Assembly: GCA_002269645.1 (NCBI GenBank)
Contig: NIVC01004573.1
Coordinates: 1 to 41,686, forward strand
Length of the DNA stretch: 41,686 bases
Direction of reading: 5' to 3'
From: Macrostomum lignano
Taxonomy: Eukaryota
A program made the position numbers and the translations under genes. The stretch's first letter is position 1. The number at the start of each line of letters is the position of its first letter. This document shows positions 35,457 to 41,686 of the stretch, one piece after another. The notes under the pieces are model-generated. The model was given only the letters and a program-made list of their open reading frames with translations, made no database searches and was not told the origin of the DNA.

Positions 35457-35993
35457 CTACCAGCGCTGACTCTCGTCAAACAGATTTTCCCAGGGCGGGG
35501 ATTGGTAGGGTTTGAGACCCGCAACCTGGAGATTTTCTTCCTCCTCCTCAGTCCTGGCTACCGGAGAGGTCTCGGTCCTGGCTCGTTTGGCTGGCGGCGG
35601 GGCCTTGGGTTTGAAGAGCTTGCCCAAACGGGCGGCAAACATCCGGCGCCACAGTTCCGGCGTGAATTCAATTGTGTAGCGCCAATTGAACTTTGGATCC
35701 CGATTAAGCCAATTGCGCCGCAAACGAATCCTCCCCTGTGAAGCTTCTGCTGCCTTGAAGCTGCCCAACACGACTCTCTTGTCCACGTGAAGACGTGCCG
35801 CAGCCTCCAGGTCAGGGCGTGCAGCTTCGAGCTTCTTCCACTCGACCTCGCTTAAATAGATTGCTGGGAAGCCGTCCTTCCACACTCCAGCTTCGTCGGT
35901 GTAGAGCCGACGGATTTCAATTAAGTCATGCTCCGTTTCAAATGTGGGCTTCCGCGCCACAAAGTTTTCGTATAGAGCGATAGAAGAAGACAT
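35457..35993 (-). CDS. PC4/Sub1-like ssDNA-binding protein, probably two tandem PC4-like repeats (178 aa)
   Basis: LIEIRRLYTDEAGVWKDGFPAIYLSEVEWKKL follows the PC4 pattern (IDIReyw.d..Ge.kPg.kGIsL..eqW..L). A second copy reads IRLRRNWLNRDPKFNWRYTIEFTPELWRRM. TATATAAA about 45 nt upstream. Confidence 0.65.
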   Translation of the reverse strand: MSSSIALYENFVARKPTFETEHDLIEIRRLYTDEAGVWKDGFPAIYLSEVEWKKLEAARPDLEAAARLHVDKRVVLGSFKAAEASQGRIRLRRNWLNRDPKFNWRYTIEFTPELWRRMFAARLGKLFKPKAPPPAKRARTETSPVARTEEEEENLQVAGLKPYQSPPWENLFDESQRW

Positions 35994-36037
35994 GATTAGC
36001 AGCAGCAGCAGAGAGCTCTCCGACAGCCGCGCAGCGC

Positions 36038-36159
36038 TTTATATACCCCCAGATGGAGGGTGGGAGGGTGTGATTTTGGGGGTGATTTTGAGTGATTCTG
36101 GTTGGTTTTTTGGTGATTTGGCCAATAATAGACGAGCTAAGCAGGTTTTTAGTATATAT
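36038..36159. promoter_or_regulatory. Divergent (bidirectional) promoter
   Basis: TATATAAA on minus (36045-36038) and TATATAT on plus (36153-36159), each about 45-55 nt before an ATG (35993, 36211). Between them lie four GTGATT motifs and GCCAAT at 36121. Confidence 0.55.
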
Positions 36160-36210
36160 TCGGAACCCTAGAACAGGGGTAGAGAGATAATCCTTCTCTC
36201 TGTATGCAAA

Positions 36211-39200
36211 ATGGCTAAACGCAGCGCAGCATCGACCACTTTCCTGGCTGACAAGAGGCAACGTCTTTATGGTAAGTTTTAATTAATTTCTATCCGGTTG
36301 TATATCAGTCTAGACGGGTTTTGAGTTGCTGCAGCAGGGAGCTTCTATGAATTGGCAGGGGCAGGAGCAAGAGGGGCGCGATAGAGAGTTGATAAGAGCA
36401 GACTAGACAGGCGGGGGCTAACAAAGAGTTGAGGGGTTTTCCGCTGTGACAGCTTCAGGCGCATGCGGGCTATAGAATTCAGAGTGCTGCGACAGGGAGC
36501 TTACGAGTTTGAGTAGGGAGGGGGCGCAAACAAAGAGCAGGCCGGATGCGGCTAGGGTTAAAAAAATTGCAGAGCATTTCAACAGGAGGGCTTGCGTGCG
36601 AGGGGTTATGCGTGAGCGCAAACAAAGAGCCAGGCCAGATAAAAAGTGGTGGGCGCTCTGACAGCTGCAGGAGCATGCGGGAATTCAGAGTGCTGCGACA
36701 GGGCATGCGAGTTTGAGTAGAGAGGGGGCGAAAACAAAGAACCAGGCAGGATGCGGGCTGGGGTTAAAAAATTGCAGAGCGTTTCAGCAGCAGGGCATGC
36801 GTGCGAGGGGTAGCGCAAACAAAGAGCCAGGCGGGATGCGGCTGGGGTTAAAAAAATTGCAGAGCGTTTCAGCAGAAGGGCTTGTGCGGGAGGGGTAGCG
36901 CAAACAATGAGCCAGGCCGGATGCGGCTAGGGTTAAAAAATTGCAGATTCGTCTCGGCAGGGCGGCATGCGTGCGAGGGGTAGCGCTAACAATGAGCCGG
37001 GCCGGGCTGGATAACAGCTGCGGGCTGGGGTTAAAAAAATTGCAAAGCGTGTCGGTGAGAGGGCCTGAGCGCAAGGGGGGAGCGTGAACAATGAGTCGGT
37101 TGGAGTCTGATCCTGGGGTGCCACGAATTGACAGATTCTTCTGGTTTTTTATCTCCTTGTGTTTTTTCAGACGCGTTTGTCCGCCTGCCCAACCTGAATC
37201 TGTTACCGGACCGGGTGAGTTATCCAACCCCCCTATTCCCCAGGCAGATCCGGGCTGACTCACACTCCCCCTTCATTCCCCCTACAGGTTTTACGGCCCG
37301 GCTGGATAATCAGCGCGACCTGCCCAAGTTTAGGGCAAAGGGTGTTGAGTATGTGGTAAAGCTAGATGACACCGAAGATTTACGCGAGACATTTGCCAGC
37401 ATGCTCGAAGTTTTCAAGCAGGATTTGGCTGGTGATGACTTTATGGCGGCTAAATTCGAGAGTGATAATATGCTCAAAGCAGCCCACACTCCTCCGGTGC
37501 GTGCAGCCCGCATGACAGCAGAGTTGTTGTTTAAGCACATTGACAAGATTGTGCAGTCAGACGCAAGCGTACTGTCGAGCAACTTTTCTATCCGTCTGCT
37601 AAAGGCCTGGGTGCCTCGAGGTGGATGTGCTCTCGAGAACAAACATCTAGAGGAGCGGCATGCCTTCTCCAAGCACTATGTCCGCATCACCAACACGGAC
37701 AAGAGATGCCTGCTGCGAGCTCTGGTCGTGGCCTGCGCCTACCTGCAATTTGTGGCCAAGCGCATCACCGAGCAGGTGTGGCGTACAATCAGAGCCAATT
37801 CGCCCAAGCAGACTAAGCTGGCAACTGAGCTGCAAATTGAGGCTGGACTCTACACCGTGAGTTGTGAACTGATTTTCCTGATAAGAATTTCACTATCATG
37901 GAATACTAAAAGATATAATTTTTACTCAGTATCATGGAATACTAAAAGATATATCTTCTGATAAGAAATTTTACGATAAGGATTACTAAAATAAATATTT
38001 TGCCTCCACACAGACTCATCAAATCGTCTCGCAGGCCGGTCCTTTTGGGGTGGATGTTCTGCCCGAGGCGGTCCGGGCCCTGAACCGTCTGTATCCAGGC
38101 CACGATTTTGGTGTACGAGTGTACAGGGCAGAGGAGGCCAACACGTGCATATTCAACCTGCCTGGCACTGAGATTCTGCACCTGCACCTGGTTGAGCAGC
38201 ACTTCAATGTGGTCACCAAGCTGTCAGCGTTTTTCGGCAGCCACCACTACTGCGCCAAGTGCGAGATGGCCTACGATTGCGGCAACGCCAAGCACAAGTG
38301 CGCCGACGCCTGTAGCACCTGCAAGACTCCGGGCTCAAACTGCACAGTCAACCGTGCATATGTAAGATGCCAGGATTGCGGTCTAAATTGCTATAATGCT
38401 CAGTGCCTAGAGAATCACAAGCGCAAGAATAAGGCGGGCAGATCTCGCTGTGATTCAGTCCACGTTTGCGGCACGTGTGGCTATCTAGAAGAACTGAAAG
38501 TAGGCCACGCCCCCGAGCATCAGTGTGGTTACGCCAAGTGTCCAGTCTGCAAGCAGTACGACGAAACTGCCACCCACGAGTGCTTTGTCACCCCGCCCAA
38601 AGCCAAAGAGTCTAGCGCCCCGTATGTTTACTATGATTTCGAGACGTACGTGGACTCTGGCAAGCAGCACCGGGTACACTTGGTTACGGCTGCCACCTCC
38701 TGCGAGGCGTGTCCCAAACTCTTCCCCAGGCCCCGCTGCGGCGCGTGCGGGGGGTTGCACAGCTCAGCCAATTGCATTGCGGGACGCGATTTGGCGCGCG
38801 ATTTTACGAGCTGTGTCTCGCAAAATGACTGTGCCTGTGGGATGCGAGAGTTTGTATCTGTCGGGCCGCACTCTATCGATGCCTTTTACTGCTGGCTGAC
38901 TAGTGTGTTCAAGCAGGGGGCAATTGCAATTGCGCACAATGGCTCTGCGTATGACGCATTCCTCCTGCTCGGCGCCCTACTCAACGGACTGGCCAAGAAG
39001 AAGCCGCAGGTGATCTTCCAGAACAGCCGCCTAATGTACATGAAGTGCGACAAGATCACGTTCAAGGACAGCCTCAACTTTATCCCTATTGGTCTGGCGC
39101 AATTCCCAAAGGCGCTTGGTTTGGGCACCCAACTGACCAAAGGAGATTTCCCGCACGTGTTCAATCAGCCACAAAACTGGGGCTACGTAGGTCCCTACTG

Positions 39201-41422
39201 CTCAATTGATATGTACGGCGGGAAGAAGAATAAGCAGCACGACTCCATCGCTGACTGGCTGGCCAAGCAGGAGGGCCGAGTGTTTAATTTCAATAAGGAG
39301 TACCTGGACTATTGCCTGCAGGACACGCTAATTTTGCGGGAAGGCTGTCTAAAGTACACCCGCCTGATTAAGGACATTTGCGGACTGGACGCATTTGTCC
39401 AATCCAACACCATTGCGGGCTTGGCCATGGCTGTATTCACCACCAAGTTTATGGAGCCCAACACTCTTGGGGTGATTTCCCGCCGATCAGATGTGCAGTC
39501 GCACAAGGCGCGTGCTGGCTTGCACATTTGAATGCAACCGAGTTTGGCGGCCGTTGCGGACAGCCGACTCTGGCGGCGAGGCTTTCGCCATGGGCCGTAA
39601 GGTGGACGGTTTCGACCGGAGAGTAGGACTGTGCTGCAGTTTCATGGCTGTTTCTACCATGGCTGTCCCAAGTGCTTCCCCAACGGCGACGTGCTGCACC
39701 CGCTCAAGAACCAGCCAATGCGGGCGATTTATGAGGAGACTGAGCGCTTCACTCGCGCTCTCCACTGCCTACAATGTACGTGTTCTGTGGGAGCACGACT
39801 ATCAGGGCGAGGGAGCGCCAGTCCAGCAGCCTATTCGCCTGGAGGAAGCCCTGTTTGGCGGCCGCACCGAGGCTTTTGTCCCGCACGCCGAGGCCACCGA
39901 GACTGTGGAGCTGCGCTATCGGGATGTGGTAAGTTTTTTCAAAATTTCTCTTACACACACACACACACACACACATGCGCGCGCACACACACACACACAC
40001 ACACAGTTAACATGCGTTTGAGTTTAGCCTACTACTTTTCTCTAGGTGTCGCTCTACCCGACTGTCAACAAGTTTGACAAGTACCCTGTCGGGCACCCGG
40101 TTCACCACCCCGAGCCTCATCTACTGGATGAGCTGCAGCTGGCCCGGTATTTTGGTATCGCCGAGGTGTCGATTCTGCCGCCGACCAATCTCCACATCCC
40201 GCTACTGCCCGCCAAGATTAGCAAGAAGCTGGTTTTCGGCCTCTGCCGCGTCTGCATGGAGACCCAGTGCAGCAGCGAGTGTACACACACTGACGCTGAG
40301 AGAATGCTCCGCGGTACATGGGCGACCCAGAGCTCCACAAGGCCCTGCAGTTGGGATACAAGCTGCAGTCAGTTCATGCCCTGGCCTATTGGACCGAGAC
40401 TCGGACCGGGCTGTTTGCAGATTATGTAAACACCTTTTTGAAGCTCAAGGCCGAGTCTAGCGGTTCGCCGGGGATGACTGAGGACGCAAAGACTGCCTAC
40501 ATGGCGAGCTTTTTCGAGCGCGAAGGCGTCCGGCTGGAAAAGGTCGAAGAAAATCCTGGCCTGCGCTTTGTGGCCAAGATTTTTCTAAACTCGTAAGTCT
40601 GGGTTTGTACAGTGGTGGACCGTGTTTTTCTACTTACAGTAGTAATACTAAATCTTTTTTCCCTGCAGGCTCTGGGCAAATTCTGCCAGCGGGATGACTT
40701 GACCTCCACAGAGATTGTGGACAGTTACGAGGCGTGGCTGCAGCGCCTGACAGACCCGTCCATCAAAGTCAAGTCGTGCGAGCCAATAGGAGAGTGCTTC
40801 ATGATGCTTGAATACAAGCCCCGAATTGGTGTTGCTGGCGAGCGGGCATTCAAGTACGCCAATGTACCTATTGGAGTTTTCACCACCTCCCATGCCCGTC
40901 TGCGCTTGTACGAGGCTCTTGAGGGTCTAGGAACCCGCGTGATTTACGCCGATACTGATTCGTAAGTTTTTCACACTGTCTGTCTGTCTGCTTCGCTCCC
41001 CTAAACACTTTATTCTCCTCCTCCCCAGGGTCGTATACCGGTGCTCTCCAGGCCAGTACGAGCCTCCCAGCGGTTCGAGTTTGGGGCAGTGGACTGACGA
41101 GGTACCTGCCGGCTGCCGCATGGTACAGTTCACCACGGGAGGCCCCAAGCTCTATCGCTATGTGGTGGAGAAGCCCGACGGGTCGCTGTACTCGGTGCTC
41201 AAGTGCAAGGGCATCCGAGTCACGCCCGAGATTGCCGAGCGGGAGGCGGAGCTGCAGGAGATTCTGCGCCACGGCGGGACTGTACGGCTGCCCCAGGCAC
41301 AGTTCAGGCGCGACAAGGCCAGCTGTACAATTCGGACCCTGGAGATGGATAAGACATTCCAGCGCGTCATGACTAAGCGAGTGTATGGGTCTGGCAGCCG
41401 CCCGTATGGCTTTCGGGAGTGA
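36211..41422 (+). CDS. Protein-primed family B DNA polymerase (pPolB), about 1270 aa; exons 36211-36271, 37171-37214, 37288-37856, 38035(or 38014)-39928, 40046-40592, 40669-40961, 41029-41422; contains frameshifts
   Basis: ExoI YYDFETY, ExoII AHNGSAYD, FKDSLNF, KGDFPH, ExoIII YCLQD, LFGGRTE, motif A YRDV|VSLYP, YPVGHP, motif B KIFLNS|LWGKF, motif C YADTDS|V, then LGQWTDE, GGPKLYRY and KCKGI. Canonical gtaagt/gtgagt donors and pyrimidine-rich acceptors. Exon 1-2 phase is uncertain. Confidence 0.92.
36415..37095 (+). repeat. About 8 diverged copies of an ~85-100-bp unit inside pPolB intron 1
   Basis: Recurring gcaaacaaagagccagg...gatgcggct(a/g)gggttaaaaaaattgcagag, e.g. near 36526, 36618, 36815, 36899 and 36984. 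Confidence 0.8.
39953..40005. repeat. (CA)n microsatellite in the pPolB motif-A intron
   Basis: Read directly, interrupted by tgcgcgcg. Confidence 0.95.
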
Positions 41423-41427
41423 TAAGG

Positions 41428-41675
41428 CCTTACACAGTCTCCCCTGACTGAGATTCCCCTGTCTGCGCGGCACTTGAGATAATAAAACCTATTTGGAAGC
41501 CCCCCTGGGGAGAATTCTCTTTGTATGCGGTCTGCTACCTCCACTGTACATTGGGGCGGTCTCTGTTACTCCTCTCTGCCTGCACTGTACTCCGCTAAGG
41601 ATCCCCGGCCCTGGGAGGAATTGAATTTCTCTATGTTACTCCGCCCGCACTGTACATTGGGATCCCCGGCCCTGG
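41428..41675 (-). repeat. Right inverted repeat, starting 5 nt after the pPolB stop; probably continues past the window
   Basis: Reverse complement of 33950-34198. Confidence 0.93.
41481..41486 (+). terminator. AATAAA poly(A) signal for pPolB, inside the right repeat
   Basis: About 60 nt downstream of TGA 41420-41422. Confidence 0.6.
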
Positions 41676-41686
41676 GAGGAATGCGG

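Larger units (their letters stand above)
33950..41686. mobile_element. Compact TIR-bounded, intron-containing pPolB element (Polinton/Maverick- or bidnavirus-related; no integrase, capsid, ATPase or maturation protease seen)
   Basis: Inverted repeats at 33950-34198 and 41428-41675 enclose 7.2 kb occupied by a spliced pPolB gene (+) and two genes on the minus strand. Outer ends are not defined. Confidence 0.85.

Noticed and set aside
37128-37287. Reading straight through 37215-37287 as coding
   Set aside because: It is open in frame but has a gtgagt donor, ctgac branch and pyrimidine tract ending in cag, so I treat it as an intron. This needs one missing base upstream, so read-through is disfavoured rather than excluded.
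33950-41686. Calling the element a canonical Polinton/Maverick or adintovirus
   Set aside because: No integrase, packaging ATPase, adenain or capsid ORFs between the repeats, and no TSD can be seen in the window.

Overview
Eukaryotic (metazoan) genomic DNA with GT-AG introns, TTAGGG-type repeats and very dense minisatellites. The style resembles a flatworm such as Macrostomum, but that is inference only. Host genes: a complete 3-exon TMEM43 (minus, 7414-9964), a 2-exon glutamine-rich orphan (plus, 18393-19861) and nine 3' exons of an LRRC71 orthologue (minus, 20780-31946) whose 5' exons are absent. Non-coding structure: tRNA-derived SINEs, about 10 different minisatellites mostly in introns, a MITE-like element, and a 5.6 kb foldback structure with ~2.2 kb near-identical inverted arms (12349-17943). 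The main find is at the right end (about 33950, possibly 33490, to the window end): a compact element bounded by inverted repeats. It carries a 7-exon protein-primed DNA polymerase B gene (putative terminal protein, OTU-like protease, Zn-finger region, exonuclease, VSR-like insert, palm), a divergently transcribed tandem PC4-like ssDNA-binding protein and one orphan gene. No integrase, capsid, packaging ATPase or maturation protease is visible between the repeats. Spliceosomal introns fall in all three polymerase catalytic motifs, and the poly(A) signals for both directions lie inside the inverted repeats. Several frameshifts, all repaired by adding bases at short runs, may be sequencing errors. 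All protein assignments come from motif recognition by eye, with no database search.
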